From an uncultured virus (IMG/VR IMGVR_UViG_3300037963_003458) (lineage: Duplodnaviria; Heunggongvirae; Uroviricota; Caudoviricetes), in the IMG/VR virus record IMGVR_UViG_3300037963_003458: a DNA stretch of 64,000 nt. The stretch is one strand, 5' to 3'. The notes beneath the pieces are model-generated. The model was not told the DNA's origin. It saw nothing but the letters and a program-made list of their open reading frames with translations, and searched no databases. Within the stretch, counting starts at the first letter, position 1. Every line of letters begins with the position of its first letter. A program made the translations under genes and the position numbers. This document shows, piece by piece, positions 9,609 to 20,484 of this stretch.

Positions 9609-11969
9609 TTAACTTTCTGTAACCGTAACAGTAGTTTGGTTTGCACTCATATCTCTCCAATAGCCATACATATCTCCCGGACCAATAAAACCAGGAATGC
9701 CTGTATCGTATACCTTATTAGTTAAACTAGCGCCCCATGTACTTACTACAGAACCTTGATTCTTTGTAGGAGAAGCTGCATTTATAGATATAGCTCGTAA
9801 GCGGGGATCAGGAATAAAGTAAGAATCCGTTCCATTAGAATACGGAGGATCTTTAGCGTACTGATTGTAACCACAAGAAATTCCATTTGAGTGCCAAGCT
9901 GGACAAGTAGGATTCCCATCATCATTATTACCTTGCCAACAAGTAGTACAAGAATCAGGGATTTCGCTTAGGCTACACCAATAACAAGGAAATAATCCGC
10001 TTGTTGTTCCCATGTTTGGAATAACATAACCTCCAAAGAAATCAGCTCCACCGTTAGGATTGTTGTTTAAAGGTGAAAGATCTATACGAGCTGTTCCTAC
10101 ATTTGAGTTGCCAAAGTTTAAGTCAATATAATAGTAGTAATCAGCGCTTTCTCCAATACGCGATCTTTTTACAGTGCAGTTACTAGGAACAGTTATTATC
10201 TCATCTCGTACTTCAATGGCTTCTTGATAATACTTAAAGCCGGTACTTGCATTGTAATTCCAACAACCGGGACCATGATAATATGAATCTTCACAACCAA
10301 AGCGACCTTTATCTCCATTTTTCTTTGTTAAAGTTAAAGGTGCCGATGCAGTTATTTTTACAAATGGAAACGTATTATTACTTCCAGTTAATGGTCTTAT
10401 GTCATACCAGCAATTTTCTTCATCGCCTATTTGGTTTCCTTCACTGTCTGTACGCCTATCGAAAATATAAGTAAAGGTTTTAGTACCGTTTGTAAAACCT
10501 CTAGTTTTATCAAAACCGGGTATGTTAAAACCAGATGCTTGTGCTGTATTATTACTATCGTCTGCTCCAGTCCAAGGCCACTCAGAATGCCATATGACTT
10601 TTGTATCCCAAGTTTCTTCTGGGCCACCAATATTGTAAAAATCAGGAGGGTTAATTGCACCACCCGGAGTGATAGCAGGAACTACTTCATCCCCGTTATC
10701 TCCTTGAAATCTAAAACCAAGGCCGTCGTGTAAACTAGGATAACACGGGTAAACATGACATGAATTTCCAGGTTCTATTAAAGAACCCCCAGAATAAGCC
10801 CACTGAAGAGTTACTGTTATAGTATCAGGAGGATTGTTTGCAGAACTATCATCGCATCCATTAGCTTTTCTAATATCAAACTCATTACACCCATCAAACA
10901 AACCGGGGGTAAAAGTTTTTTGAGTGTAGCTAGAAAGAGCTAGTAAAGCATCGCATTCAGCTGAAGTTTTATCTGGATGTAAAACAAAGTCACAATCAGG
11001 ACCTAATCTACAACATCCTTTAGTACAATTAAATAGGGTATTATATTCACTAGGACTTGGAGTAACTCCAGCATACCATTTACCGTTTTGATAAAAACCA
11101 GGATTAGCGGTACAAGCTGCTTCGGTAACTCCCGAAGTTGCTGTAAAACCTGCACTACAAGTTCCGTGTATACAAGTTCCTGTAGGGTCAGGACAACTAA
11201 AATAGTTATTCCAGTAGGCTTGATCATATACACTAGTATCTGTTAAATCTTGGTTACTAAACCAAGCTTTTGTAGGAAGATCAGCAGTAGTTACACAACC
11301 TGCTTCGGTAACTGGATAAGCAGCTTCCCACCCAGAACCACAACTACCTCGAACACATGTTCCTGTAACAGCTACAGTATCTTCACAATTAAATACAGCA
11401 TCAGTTAGACTTTTAAAACAAACTTGATCTGAATCAGGAGCTTGAGCCCTTGGGTCACAACCATCAAAGGACCAAGTAATATCTTCCCAGTCTAACACAC
11501 TTCCATCATTGCTTAGTAAAAGATCACCAAATCTTCCTGTGATAACGGTATAAAAAGTGCCGCCTATATCTGTTCTTGTAACAACAGCACCTTGACCTTC
11601 GTATGGTTGAACAGCACCAAAGTTCCATTCTCCATGACGCTTTTTAAGATGCAGTTGTGAAAGTCTTGGTAAAAGAGAGATAACGGTAGCCCGTATCTCT
11701 CCTTCAGTGCCTTTGATCTGCATCCAAAACTTAGGTCTTTCTCCTGCTCTTTCCCAACTATTTGATGCAGTATAAGTGCTATCTTTTTGTAAATAAAAAA
11801 TTCTTATTTCGTAAACGTTACTACTCTCTTCGAGCTGTTGATACCAAATATCAATACAGCCGTAGGTAGTAACCATAATAGTTAAGAACCGTTCAAAGTC
11901 GTTGGAAGCTTTTACACTTCCAGCGGTCAAACGATTCTTAATTGAAAACCAAGTTGGATTACGTGACAT
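9609..11969 (-). CDS. Large Cys-rich repeat protein of unknown function
   Basis: About 786 aa; ATG overlaps the DNA polymerase stop (TAATG). Three GTC/GCC...TEAxC repeats; W, Y, N and G rich. Confidence 0.75.
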   Translation of the reverse strand: MSRNPTWFSIKNRLTAGSVKASNDFERFLTIMVTTYGCIDIWYQQLEESSNVYEIRIFYLQKDSTYTASNSWERAGERPKFWMQIKGTEGEIRATVISLLPRLSQLHLKKRHGEWNFGAVQPYEGQGAVVTRTDIGGTFYTVITGRFGDLLLSNDGSVLDWEDITWSFDGCDPRAQAPDSDQVCFKSLTDAVFNCEDTVAVTGTCVRGSCGSGWEAAYPVTEAGCVTTADLPTKAWFSNQDLTDTSVYDQAYWNNYFSCPDPTGTCIHGTCSAGFTATSGVTEAACTANPGFYQNGKWYAGVTPSPSEYNTLFNCTKGCCRLGPDCDFVLHPDKTSAECDALLALSSYTQKTFTPGLFDGCNEFDIRKANGCDDSSANNPPDTITVTLQWAYSGGSLIEPGNSCHVYPCYPSLHDGLGFRFQGDNGDEVVPAITPGGAINPPDFYNIGGPEETWDTKVIWHSEWPWTGADDSNNTAQASGFNIPGFDKTRGFTNGTKTFTYIFDRRTDSEGNQIGDEENCWYDIRPLTGSNNTFPFVKITASAPLTLTKKNGDKGRFGCEDSYYHGPGCWNYNASTGFKYYQEAIEVRDEIITVPSNCTVKRSRIGESADYYYYIDLNFGNSNVGTARIDLSPLNNNPNGGADFFGGYVIPNMGTTSGLFPCYWCSLSEIPDSCTTCWQGNNDDGNPTCPAWHSNGISCGYNQYAKDPPYSNGTDSYFIPDPRLRAISINAASPTKNQGSVVSTWGASLTNKVYDTGIPGFIGPGDMYGYWRDMSANQTTVTVTES

Positions 11970-13651
11970 TAATGAGTTTCCTGCCAATTAGAACCAATGC
12001 ACGCTTCAGAATGAATCGGCATCTTAATTCCAAGACGTTCTCCAGCTTCTAGACTAGCAGCTTCTAGAATCTTACAAACCTCATCAGCTACGTCTTTGTG
12101 AACCGCAAACTGCAATTCGTCATGAACATAAGCCATTTGAAGAACTTTAGATCCCAGATGTTGTAGACGTAGATTTGCAACAACCATCCAATATTTAGAT
12201 ACAATTGCACCAGCGCCTTGAAGCATAGTATTTAGAGCTGCGTGTTCTGATCTACAACGAACCCACCTACCATCAGGCAGTTGAACTTCGCCACGCTCTA
12301 GAAAAGACCATTGGACTTCTTCAATTACTTTCTTCAAAGCAGGTAAAGTAGCTAAGAACTTTTCTCTTAGTTCTCTACCTTTGTTTCTGCTTCCGCCTAC
12401 GATTGTACCAATCTTAGCATCACCAGCACCATAAAGAAATCCATAGATAAATGTCTTAGCTTGGTCTCGCGTAGATAAACCAGCAGCTTTTTGATTCATA
12501 CTATGTACATCACCGTTCAAAATAACATCAGCATAAGCTCCATTGTCATGCTTGTGCATGTAATGAGCTAGCATTCTTAGTTCTAATCCTGACAAGTCAC
12601 ATCCAACTTGTACGTAATCCTTTATACCCGGAACCCACAAAGCTCTCATACGTTTATCCTTAGCAACTTGTGCTACATTTGGATTAGCATGAGTACATCT
12701 ACCAGTACCAGCACCTTGCGTATTAACTTCGCCGTGTATACGATTATCAAAAGACTTAGATGCTTTGTCGTTCCAATCTTTGATTTGACCCTCTAGTTTT
12801 AGATTGTCTCGATAACGAAGAATTTTACTAGCTTCTTCGACACCTTTTTCAGACAAGTCTTTTAGAACTATAGAATCAATTTGAGGATTACCTTTTTCAG
12901 TACGAGGTATTTCTTTATCAATACCGGGATACTTAGCAACAAATCTTTGGTGTACTTGTAAATTACTTTGAGGATTGAAAGTAGTAACTTTAGATTTTAG
13001 TTGCCTGCCTGTTTTCTCAGACCACCGTTCTTCTACAAGATCAGGAAAGATTGTTTGTAGTTCATCAAGATACGTAGCTCTTTCAATAGCTAAGATTTGT
13101 TCTAGATCAATACCTTTGTCAAGGCTGTAGCCAAACCCATTGACATGTTGTTTGAAACAGATTTGTGCTACAAGAGTTTCGAATTTGATAATCTTTTCGT
13201 TATCTTTGATAAAGTCTTTTTGTGCCTGAAGAATATCATAGTTTAGCATGACATCTTGTACACAATAGTCTAACATCTCCCCTGAGTAATGCGACCAGTC
13301 ATCAAACTCTATCTTGCTGTTGCCTAGATGCTCGCCCCAATTCTTTAGTCCGTTGCCACCAAAAGGATGTTGACGGATATCGGGGTACATAAGACGAGAT
13401 ACAATAAGAGTATCCAAAAGCTTTGCTTTGATTTTTACATTCCATAGTTTTTCAATAACAGGAACGTCATAGATAGCAATGTTATGGCCAATCAAAGTTT
13501 CAGCCTTACATAAAAGATCTACACCTTCTTTGATAGTATCAGGAGTAAACTTGTATAGTTTCTCCGTGTCGATATCATACGCAATAAGGCAATAGATTTC
13601 TTTTACATCCCAGTACAGGCCATTGGCCTCGATGTCGAATACTAGTCGCAT
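11969..13651 (-). CDS. Family A DNA polymerase with 3'-5' exonuclease (T7 gp5-like)
   Basis: Motifs VFDIEANGL, GHNIAIYD, DLSGLELR, RDQAKTFIYGFLYG and VHDELQ. Confidence 0.97.
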   Translation of the reverse strand: MRLVFDIEANGLYWDVKEIYCLIAYDIDTEKLYKFTPDTIKEGVDLLCKAETLIGHNIAIYDVPVIEKLWNVKIKAKLLDTLIVSRLMYPDIRQHPFGGNGLKNWGEHLGNSKIEFDDWSHYSGEMLDYCVQDVMLNYDILQAQKDFIKDNEKIIKFETLVAQICFKQHVNGFGYSLDKGIDLEQILAIERATYLDELQTIFPDLVEERWSEKTGRQLKSKVTTFNPQSNLQVHQRFVAKYPGIDKEIPRTEKGNPQIDSIVLKDLSEKGVEEASKILRYRDNLKLEGQIKDWNDKASKSFDNRIHGEVNTQGAGTGRCTHANPNVAQVAKDKRMRALWVPGIKDYVQVGCDLSGLELRMLAHYMHKHDNGAYADVILNGDVHSMNQKAAGLSTRDQAKTFIYGFLYGAGDAKIGTIVGGSRNKGRELREKFLATLPALKKVIEEVQWSFLERGEVQLPDGRWVRCRSEHAALNTMLQGAGAIVSKYWMVVANLRLQHLGSKVLQMAYVHDELQFAVHKDVADEVCKILEAASLEAGERLGIKMPIHSEACIGSNWQETH

Positions 13652-13658
13652 AGTTCAC

Positions 13659-15365
13659 CTATTTGTTGTTAGGGTTTAAAACTACTTGGCCTTCTGACAT
13701 TTGGAAATCAACTTCTTTAAGACGACCAGCAGCTCTATCATAATATAAACAAGAAGCAACACCAGATCTACCAGTAAGACGATTCTTAAGAACTCTTACT
13801 GTAGTTGTGTTAGCTTCGTATTGACAATCAGCTTGGCGATCGCGCTCAAGAGCAATGATTGTGTTTGGAACAGAAGCAAGGCTTCCTGAACCTCTTAGAT
13901 CTTGAAGAGTAATACGAGTACCTTCTTCAAAAGCTTTATCTGTTTTCTTCAGCTGAGATACAATATCAATATGAACACCAGTACGAACAGCCAAAGCTCT
14001 TAGCTGCTTCATAACTGTATCAATAAGGATACGTTCATTGGTATTCTCATCATCTTTGTTTACCATCATACCTGCTGCAAGAGCAGTAATATGATCAAGA
14101 ACAATTGTATCAACGCCCAAAGAAACAGCCATGTATTCCATACGAGCAATGATGTTTGTCATTGCGCTGTTACCTAGATGGTCATAGATGTAAAGGTTAG
14201 TATTCTCTAGAGATCTTTTAGCTTCTACGTATTCTTCATCAGATAGATCATCAAAGAACTCAATACTAATAGGTTCCTTGCCCATCTTCTTACGTAGATT
14301 GTTCATGATCTTAGTTGCTCTAATAGCTCTTACGGGCTTGTTTAGAAGCAGTGAAATCATATCATCTCTTGTTTCTTCAGGAGATTCTTCTAGCATAATC
14401 ATGCCAACAGATCTACCTTCTTCAAGATGGTGGTGAGCTACTTCTCTTAGAATAGTAGACTTACCTGAACCAGTACCAGAACACCATAGAGAAACTTCTC
14501 CGCTACGCTGTCCTAGAAGAAACTCTGATAAGTTATCCCAAGGATATGCGTACACCTCCATCGTATCTTCAGAAAACGATTCAGCAATATCAGCTACATG
14601 TAGAATTTCATCAGGACTGTATACTTTTGCTTGAAAGATAGCGTTAACAATAGATTTACTATCGTTGGACTTCAAACACTCATTAGCATCTTTTCGAGGA
14701 AGCGTTGCAATCTTTACTCGACCGGGAGGAAGAAGTTGAGCACAGTTTACTGAAGCTTCTCTGCCAGCATCATCGCTGTCAAACATAAGAATAATCTCAG
14801 GAAATTTAGAAATCCATTCAAGATTATCCTTAATGTTGTTAATTGCATTGCCTGTTCCTCCGTTAAGAGAAACTACAGGCCAACCTCCATTAGCTTGGTA
14901 AACCGACATAGCGTCAATTTCACCTTCAGTAATAACAAGTCTGCGACTATTACTACCGTCAAATAGATGTTGACCAAAGAGGCCTGCACTTCTGGCTTCA
15001 CCTCTCCACTTAAACTGTTTATCAGAACTTCTAAACTTTTGGGCAGCCAAAGATCCATTAGAATAAAAGTTAGCAATATGTACACAACCTTTTTCAGGAT
15101 GGTCAATAAGCTGATAACTAAATTTTCTTAGTGTTTCTTCATTTAGCCTTCGATCAGATAGGTCTCTGTACTCTCCGTAAAGAGGCTTCCAATCACCAAT
15201 TGGTACGCGTTGTTCAATCACTTTGTCACCTTTTTGATAATACTTACATCGATAACAGTAAGCATGACCGTCGTTGTATCTAGCCAAATTATCTTCTGAA
15301 TTGTCATGTCCTTCAGCTGCACACTTAGGACATTGTTCTCTAGCAATTACAAAAGAATCACTCAT
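13659..15365 (-). CDS. DNA primase-helicase (T7 gp4-like)
   Basis: Zn finger CPKC...CYRC, TOPRIM ITEGEIDA and FDSDDAG, Walker A GTGSGKST, LDHI, DLRGSG and KNRLTG. Confidence 0.96.
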   Translation of the reverse strand: MSDSFVIAREQCPKCAAEGHDNSEDNLARYNDGHAYCYRCKYYQKGDKVIEQRVPIGDWKPLYGEYRDLSDRRLNEETLRKFSYQLIDHPEKGCVHIANFYSNGSLAAQKFRSSDKQFKWRGEARSAGLFGQHLFDGSNSRRLVITEGEIDAMSVYQANGGWPVVSLNGGTGNAINNIKDNLEWISKFPEIILMFDSDDAGREASVNCAQLLPPGRVKIATLPRKDANECLKSNDSKSIVNAIFQAKVYSPDEILHVADIAESFSEDTMEVYAYPWDNLSEFLLGQRSGEVSLWCSGTGSGKSTILREVAHHHLEEGRSVGMIMLEESPEETRDDMISLLLNKPVRAIRATKIMNNLRKKMGKEPISIEFFDDLSDEEYVEAKRSLENTNLYIYDHLGNSAMTNIIARMEYMAVSLGVDTIVLDHITALAAGMMVNKDDENTNERILIDTVMKQLRALAVRTGVHIDIVSQLKKTDKAFEEGTRITLQDLRGSGSLASVPNTIIALERDRQADCQYEANTTTVRVLKNRLTGRSGVASCLYYDRAAGRLKEVDFQMSEGQVVLNPNNK

Positions 15366-15753
15366 TATAGGTACTCTCTTCTATAGAAATTGTAAAATAA
15401 CCCTCATTAACTTCATCTTCACACCACGCTTTACTGATAGATAAATTTACTACCTGTCTATCATCTTCCCAAAGCCATCCATTAAACTGATCCATAATGC
15501 TTTTAGCATAGTTATCAACATCGGCTCGTGGAGTTAGTAGTTTGGTTGTTTTGGGTTTTGTAATGTAACATTCAATCTCTACAGAAAGAAGAGCGCTAGA
15601 AGGCTCAAGGCCTCCTAGCTGCTCTTCTTTGAGTAAGATCATATCTTCACGGAACTTTTTATACGGACCAGAATAGTACGTATGTCCCATGCGAGTTACA
15701 CGCGGTCTAGATGCAGCAATGGGGTTTATATTGAACCGCCATTGCTTTAACAT
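15358..15753 (-). CDS. RusA-like Holliday junction resolvase
   Basis: Motifs ASRPR, DVDNYAKSIMD and DDRQVV. Confidence 0.85.
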   Translation of the reverse strand: MLKQWRFNINPIAASRPRVTRMGHTYYSGPYKKFREDMILLKEEQLGGLEPSSALLSVEIECYITKPKTTKLLTPRADVDNYAKSIMDQFNGWLWEDDRQVVNLSISKAWCEDEVNEGYFTISIEESTYNE

Positions 15754-16289
15754 CAGAACGGGATATCCTCATTGTTGGTGTTAGAAACCATTTCGCAAGA
15801 AGTATCATCGCAGTTTTCAGGATCACCGCAACACTCCTTGTCCTTATCGGTTTCAGTAACAAAGCCATCATCGTGAGTATCCCAACCGGAACTCATAGAT
15901 CCATTAGCTTCAATAACCTGTACTCCGGAGAGAAACAGACTCATCTTGCCTTCCCATTCTCTAGCCCAGATCTTTAGACGGACCTTATCACCCTTCTGAG
16001 GGAAATAGTCAGTCTTTACACCGCGAGAGTCTACAATACGGCCATACTCATCCTTGTTCTGCTTAGTGAACTCGGTAGTCTTGACCTTGACGATGAGATC
16101 GCCCGACTCCTTGCCAGTGTAAGTGCCGTTAAGGGGCATACCAAGCTTATCAATTTGAGCCTGGAATTCCTCATTGACTACGACCTGAACGTCGTGCTTC
16201 TTGCTTCCCCTGAACTCGTCTGGCTTACGAAGGTTTGCCCAAGCGATTTCAACTACAGGAGAATAAAGTTCATTGTTACGATTTGCCAT
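15753..16289 (-). CDS. Single-stranded DNA-binding protein (T7 gp2.5-like)
   Basis: WANLRKPD, LSGVQVIE and an acidic tail ending EDIPF; located in the replication module. Confidence 0.8.
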   Translation of the reverse strand: MANRNNELYSPVVEIAWANLRKPDEFRGSKKHDVQVVVNEEFQAQIDKLGMPLNGTYTGKESGDLIVKVKTTEFTKQNKDEYGRIVDSRGVKTDYFPQKGDKVRLKIWAREWEGKMSLFLSGVQVIEANGSMSSGWDTHDDGFVTETDKDKECCGDPENCDDTSCEMVSNTNNEDIPF

Positions 16290-16340
16290 TGTGTCTTTCC
16301 TTTATGTTACACAACTTACTTGATGGGACCATTCCCAATA

Positions 16341-17033
16341 TTAACGCCAATCTTCTAAGAATAGTGGTTCGAAGATTGCACTTTCACCATTAAGAACTAC
16401 ACCACATCCAAGAATAGGACGTTTACTGTAGATCTTACTATAATTTAAATGCGGAGATCTTGGATCAACACCGCATCCTACTTGCATACCAAAGTATCTA
16501 GTAGCTTGATTAGCTCCATACAATACACCACCTTGCGAATGCAAGTGACCTTGTACAACAGACATAAACTCACTTTGCGCATTTAGAAAAGCAGCGTTTG
16601 TCTGATTAGAGCGACCTTTATCACCATGCCTGTAAATAACATCATCAATAATTAGATCCGTAAAACGAGGATATACAGTCCAAGTATCTGGTAAATCTAA
16701 GATTTGAGATAAAGAAAGAAGCATAGAAGGAGGTAGTCCTGCTTCTGCAGCTTGTCTTGAAGGCAAAGCTGAGTGGTTTCCTGTTAAGTAATCTACTTTG
16801 GGAAACAACTTACAGAGAGTACGCACCTGCTTCCGTGCCTCTTCTACCTCTTCCTCTATCCCTGGCATTCCTACTTCTTTAGCATGAAAACTAATTCCAT
16901 GAAAGTCTACTAAATCTCCAATATGAACTACTCTATCGCAGTTCCAAGACTTGTAAATAGACTCTAAAAAATCAGGATAAGCCTCTAACATTGCAGGACA
17001 ATGTGTGTCTCCTATAACTAGAACATTACTCAT
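16341..17033 (-). CDS. Calcineurin-like metallophosphoesterase
   Basis: Motifs GDTH, GDLVD, GNH, HGD and GHLH. Confidence 0.9.
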   Translation of the reverse strand: MSNVLVIGDTHCPAMLEAYPDFLESIYKSWNCDRVVHIGDLVDFHGISFHAKEVGMPGIEEEVEEARKQVRTLCKLFPKVDYLTGNHSALPSRQAAEAGLPPSMLLSLSQILDLPDTWTVYPRFTDLIIDDVIYRHGDKGRSNQTNAAFLNAQSEFMSVVQGHLHSQGGVLYGANQATRYFGMQVGCGVDPRSPHLNYSKIYSKRPILGCGVVLNGESAIFEPLFLEDWR

Positions 17034-17338
17034 AAAGGCTTCTCCGGGGTAGCCTGATAGAAGGGACGCTTGCCTTGATAAAGGAGCTTCCATTCCTGAG
17101 CAATCGATGGACCTACATACCGCATCGACTTGTTCTTTTCTTTAATTGTGTACTCTTGTGGTTTATGTACATCAATTTTACCTAACCGATGACACACTTG
17201 CGTAGGTGTAAGCTCTGCTTCATCGTAGTTATATTCTACAATAGGTGTGCCATTAGAAAGATGCTTAGCTTGTTTGCTAGGCATAATCTCTAGTTTAGTC
17301 CCCTTTAAGGGACCGTTAACAAAACGCCGTTCACTCAT
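17030..17338 (-). CDS. Hypothetical protein
   Basis: Coupled ORF (MSERRFVNGPLKG...). Confidence 0.55.
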   Translation of the reverse strand: MSERRFVNGPLKGTKLEIMPSKQAKHLSNGTPIVEYNYDEAELTPTQVCHRLGKIDVHKPQEYTIKEKNKSMRYVGPSIAQEWKLLYQGKRPFYQATPEKPL

Positions 17339-17702
17339 CTGTATCCTCTGTTTCATCATCAAAGAAATCAATTTCTAAAGTTTCGTCATTTCCTAAACTG
17401 TCTAAGAAATTCTGCAACATAGTTAAGAGATCCTCCGCACTTAAAGAATCATTACTACTTTTATTCTCAATGTTAAACTCTACTTGAATAATATTTTTTT
17501 CAGCTAATTTTTCTAAAGAGTTATTAAGTAATTCATCTTCGTAAATTTCAGCAAAAAATGAAGCCCATTGTTCACTTGGAGCTGTTATAGATTGTTTTTG
17601 TTTTAACTCAGGGCTATTATCTTTAAGCCACTGCATAAAAACTTTACAGACTCGTTCGCAATCGCCCTCACTTTTAATTAAAAATCCATTAGGCTTTTTC
17701 AT
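17331..17702 (-). CDS. Hypothetical acidic protein
   Basis: 123-aa ORF with an acidic C-terminus. Confidence 0.6.
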   Translation of the reverse strand: MKKPNGFLIKSEGDCERVCKVFMQWLKDNSPELKQKQSITAPSEQWASFFAEIYEDELLNNSLEKLAEKNIIQVEFNIENKSSNDSLSAEDLLTMLQNFLDSLGNDETLEIDFFDDETEDTDE

Positions 17703-17961
17703 GTAATATCCTTAGCGATAAGATCATTCCAGAAGGTATGACATGTACGTAACCTCCAGAATCACCGTCAATTATTAGTGTATCACAAATAGCGATAAAA
17801 TCGTCTGTTCTCTTTAATAGCATTCCAACTGATCTAACTTTTGAAGGACCGTTGTTTACAGCCTCTTCAATATCTTCATACGTTTGCCAGTCAGAACCTC
17901 CACTACAAACTGCATCTAACCAATCAACACAAACAATTGGAAGATCTTGAGGATTATCCAA
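17689..17961 (-). CDS. Phage hypothetical protein (VxWxDA...SVG type)
   Basis: VDWLDA, RSVGML and IPSGMI; TTG start inferred at the RNAP stop. Confidence 0.55.
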   Translation of the reverse strand: MDNPQDLPIVCVDWLDAVCSGGSDWQTYEDIEEAVNNGPSKVRSVGMLLKRTDDFIAICDTLIIDGDSGGYVHVIPSGMILSLRILHEKA

Positions 17962-20389
17962 ACAAGTATTCAGAGTCTCTGACTCTTTCAATGTCGAGAT
18001 CTCCTTGTTCTGGTAAAGACCTTCCAACTGGACCGATGACATTCTCGATGTCTTTCTTAAATTCTTCGAGTAAGGGATTTTTGTGTATTTCATAAAATGT
18101 AGTTACTAAAGCCTTTCTCATCAGTGGAACATAAGAACAGTGACATCCATAAGAATCGTGAATCATAGAGAAACTAAACACACCTAAATCAAACATCATA
18201 TTAATTGTGAGCATCATATGTGCAGCATCAATACTATGAATGTAATTAGGAGGTATAGCTTGAACAGCTAAAGAAGGAGCAGGATTTTTAGTATCCTCTA
18301 CAATACTTAGCTGTAATCTAGAATTTCTATATAGATGTGTATCAAGAACTTTTATTCGCTCTTGTGTGTATCTGTTAATAACCTTAAATCCAGTAGGCGT
18401 TGTCCATGATGCGTGTTTACCATAAGAAGCGCACAATTCTGTAAGATCTTGAAGAAAAATCTTACCTGCATTAGCAGATTGTAAAGCGCCATCTAAAGAC
18501 AATCTAATTAAAGAAGAAAGTTCATTGACAGCTTGAACTTTATTTGATGGATCTTCTACCCAATTCAAGTGACCTTCTTCTCTGCAATACTTTCTAATGC
18601 CGTGATCTGTAATGCCATAAGCATCGCACATAGTAGAGCGCTTAACAACTTTTCTAGGTATTCGTTTATCCCAATACTCATAGAAAATTTCATGCCATTT
18701 TGTTTCACCAGTTGCGCAAATAGATGTAGCGGTGTCTGCAACAAATTGATACAAATCACCTGGAACATCTGTAGGAGCAACGTTAACTTTCAAAGCTAAT
18801 TCAGTGTCTCTCATAATAGCAGCCCAATGTTGACTACCATTGCAAGAACCATCCAATTGAACGGGAATACTTGAGTAACCAGTTTCCAAAGCAGTTACTA
18901 AATCAAAAGCAGCTGCCAGTCTTTGAAAACTTGGGTTCTTCTTTGTAGTTTCGTTATCCATCCAATTAGTATAAGTATAAGGATCTTTGTTAATGTCCTT
19001 GAAGTGATCCAAATTATCTTGAACCCACAAAACACGGTCATCAAAAGAAACCTTATCACTAGCTGGGCCAGAACCAAAATCAACGCCATCAAAACAATTA
19101 GCTACATGTACCATTAACCAGTACATACCTTCTTTTGTAACTTTACAAGGAGTAGCAAAATGAATAAGACCTTTATCAAAGTCACCACTTTGAGGGCTAA
19201 GCATTTCTGTTACAGTATAGGCTCTACCTCTAAAGTCAAGAGTCCAAGCATGGTAAAAGAAATTTACCTTAGCTAATTTACGAGCCAAGGTAAGACGCAG
19301 CTCCATTTGAGCACGCTTTTGAACTTCTTTGTACCACTTACCATACTGTTCTTCTTTATCCTTTTTCCAAGCTAGTTTTTCTTCAGAGCTTCCGTATTCA
19401 GGAAACTCTCTAAGAAATGTAAAGTCCTCGTAGCTGTAAGAAGGCATGTTACATTCAGAAGTATTGCGATGATAGATAACATCCATTACTTCCAAAACTC
19501 TGCTGTTTACAGCCCACTCAGTTGTTTGAAGAGTATTCAAAGCAGTCAAAGATATTTCACTGGCTTTGCTAATGCCTCCGACTGTTGGCTTTCTTCTGTC
19601 CAACATAAGGCAACCGCCTGCTATATCTTCTGTGTGAGGTATAGGAGGAACAAGCATTGGTCTGTAAAGCATACGTAGAAATTGATAGTACTCATGTTTT
19701 CTAATTAGTTCAAGTAGAATATGAGGATCAATGCTAATTTCGTTGTAGCTTCTAGATTTACCACCTTGTTTGTAACTCTTCTTTTCTACGTTAACAACTT
19801 TACGAGCTTTTGCTACATTCAAAAGACAAGTACCAAGATACAGTGTTTGCTTTTTGGACCAACTTTGAATAGCATCACATCTCTTTGTGAAGCGATGAAA
19901 CTTCTTTTTATCCCATCGTTTTGTGTAACGATTAAGATATTTGTATTCTTCTGAATTAGCTAGTTTTGCATATTTAAAAGACGCAATAAGTTTTGCTTCT
20001 TTACCAATACGATAAGCAATAGAATAAAAGTTATCTACGCCATTAGCGTGAATTTTCTTTCGTATATCTCGGCTGTCTACCAAGTCTTCTACTAGTTGAG
20101 AGATGACTATAGCTGCCAATGTTTCTGAGGGAATCAAAAACAAAGCTGGAGCCCACTCTCGCATTCGTCCGTCTTTATCAATCTCTTCTTTTACATCATC
20201 AAAAGATTGAGAACATTGTCGGATAAAATCTTGGATAAGATCTTGTTCAGCAGCACACTCTGTTTTACAGTTATTGTAACTCCTCCAATACTTATTCAAG
20301 GATTGGTCAGTTAGAGTTTCTTCAAGATGATGCTGATAAGTAAATCTAATTTCTCTATCTTTGTCAGTCAAAGAATTCCAATGTTCCAT
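17954..20389 (-). CDS. Full-length single-subunit T7-type DNA-directed RNA polymerase (RNAP-1)
   Basis: 811 aa with PMLVPP, DFRGRAY, motif A LDGSCNGSQH, motif B RKVVKRSTMCDAYG, PPNYIHSIDAAH and motif C IHDSYG; C-terminus YLFG. Confidence 0.97.
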   Translation of the reverse strand: MEHWNSLTDKDREIRFTYQHHLEETLTDQSLNKYWRSYNNCKTECAAEQDLIQDFIRQCSQSFDDVKEEIDKDGRMREWAPALFLIPSETLAAIVISQLVEDLVDSRDIRKKIHANGVDNFYSIAYRIGKEAKLIASFKYAKLANSEEYKYLNRYTKRWDKKKFHRFTKRCDAIQSWSKKQTLYLGTCLLNVAKARKVVNVEKKSYKQGGKSRSYNEISIDPHILLELIRKHEYYQFLRMLYRPMLVPPIPHTEDIAGGCLMLDRRKPTVGGISKASEISLTALNTLQTTEWAVNSRVLEVMDVIYHRNTSECNMPSYSYEDFTFLREFPEYGSSEEKLAWKKDKEEQYGKWYKEVQKRAQMELRLTLARKLAKVNFFYHAWTLDFRGRAYTVTEMLSPQSGDFDKGLIHFATPCKVTKEGMYWLMVHVANCFDGVDFGSGPASDKVSFDDRVLWVQDNLDHFKDINKDPYTYTNWMDNETTKKNPSFQRLAAAFDLVTALETGYSSIPVQLDGSCNGSQHWAAIMRDTELALKVNVAPTDVPGDLYQFVADTATSICATGETKWHEIFYEYWDKRIPRKVVKRSTMCDAYGITDHGIRKYCREEGHLNWVEDPSNKVQAVNELSSLIRLSLDGALQSANAGKIFLQDLTELCASYGKHASWTTPTGFKVINRYTQERIKVLDTHLYRNSRLQLSIVEDTKNPAPSLAVQAIPPNYIHSIDAAHMMLTINMMFDLGVFSFSMIHDSYGCHCSYVPLMRKALVTTFYEIHKNPLLEEFKKDIENVIGPVGRSLPEQGDLDIERVRDSEYLFG

Positions 20390-20420
20390 AGTTCTCCTTG
20401 TTTGTTGAAGGGGATGTACT

Positions 20421-20445
20421 CTCTTAGACTCAGGCGTTAACGCCC
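20421..20445 (-). promoter_or_regulatory. Phage promoter-like repeat, class A, copy 2
   Basis: Exact copy of the 7566-7590 motif, directly upstream of RNAP-1. Confidence 0.75.
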
Positions 20446-20481
20446 AAAAGGGCTCCCAAGAATAGCTCTTGGGAGCCCTTT
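20446..20481 (-). terminator. Intrinsic terminator
   Basis: Perfect stem AAAGGGCTCCCAAGA/TCTTGGGAGCCCTTT after the DUF932-like gene. Confidence 0.75.
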
Positions 20482-20484
20482 GAA

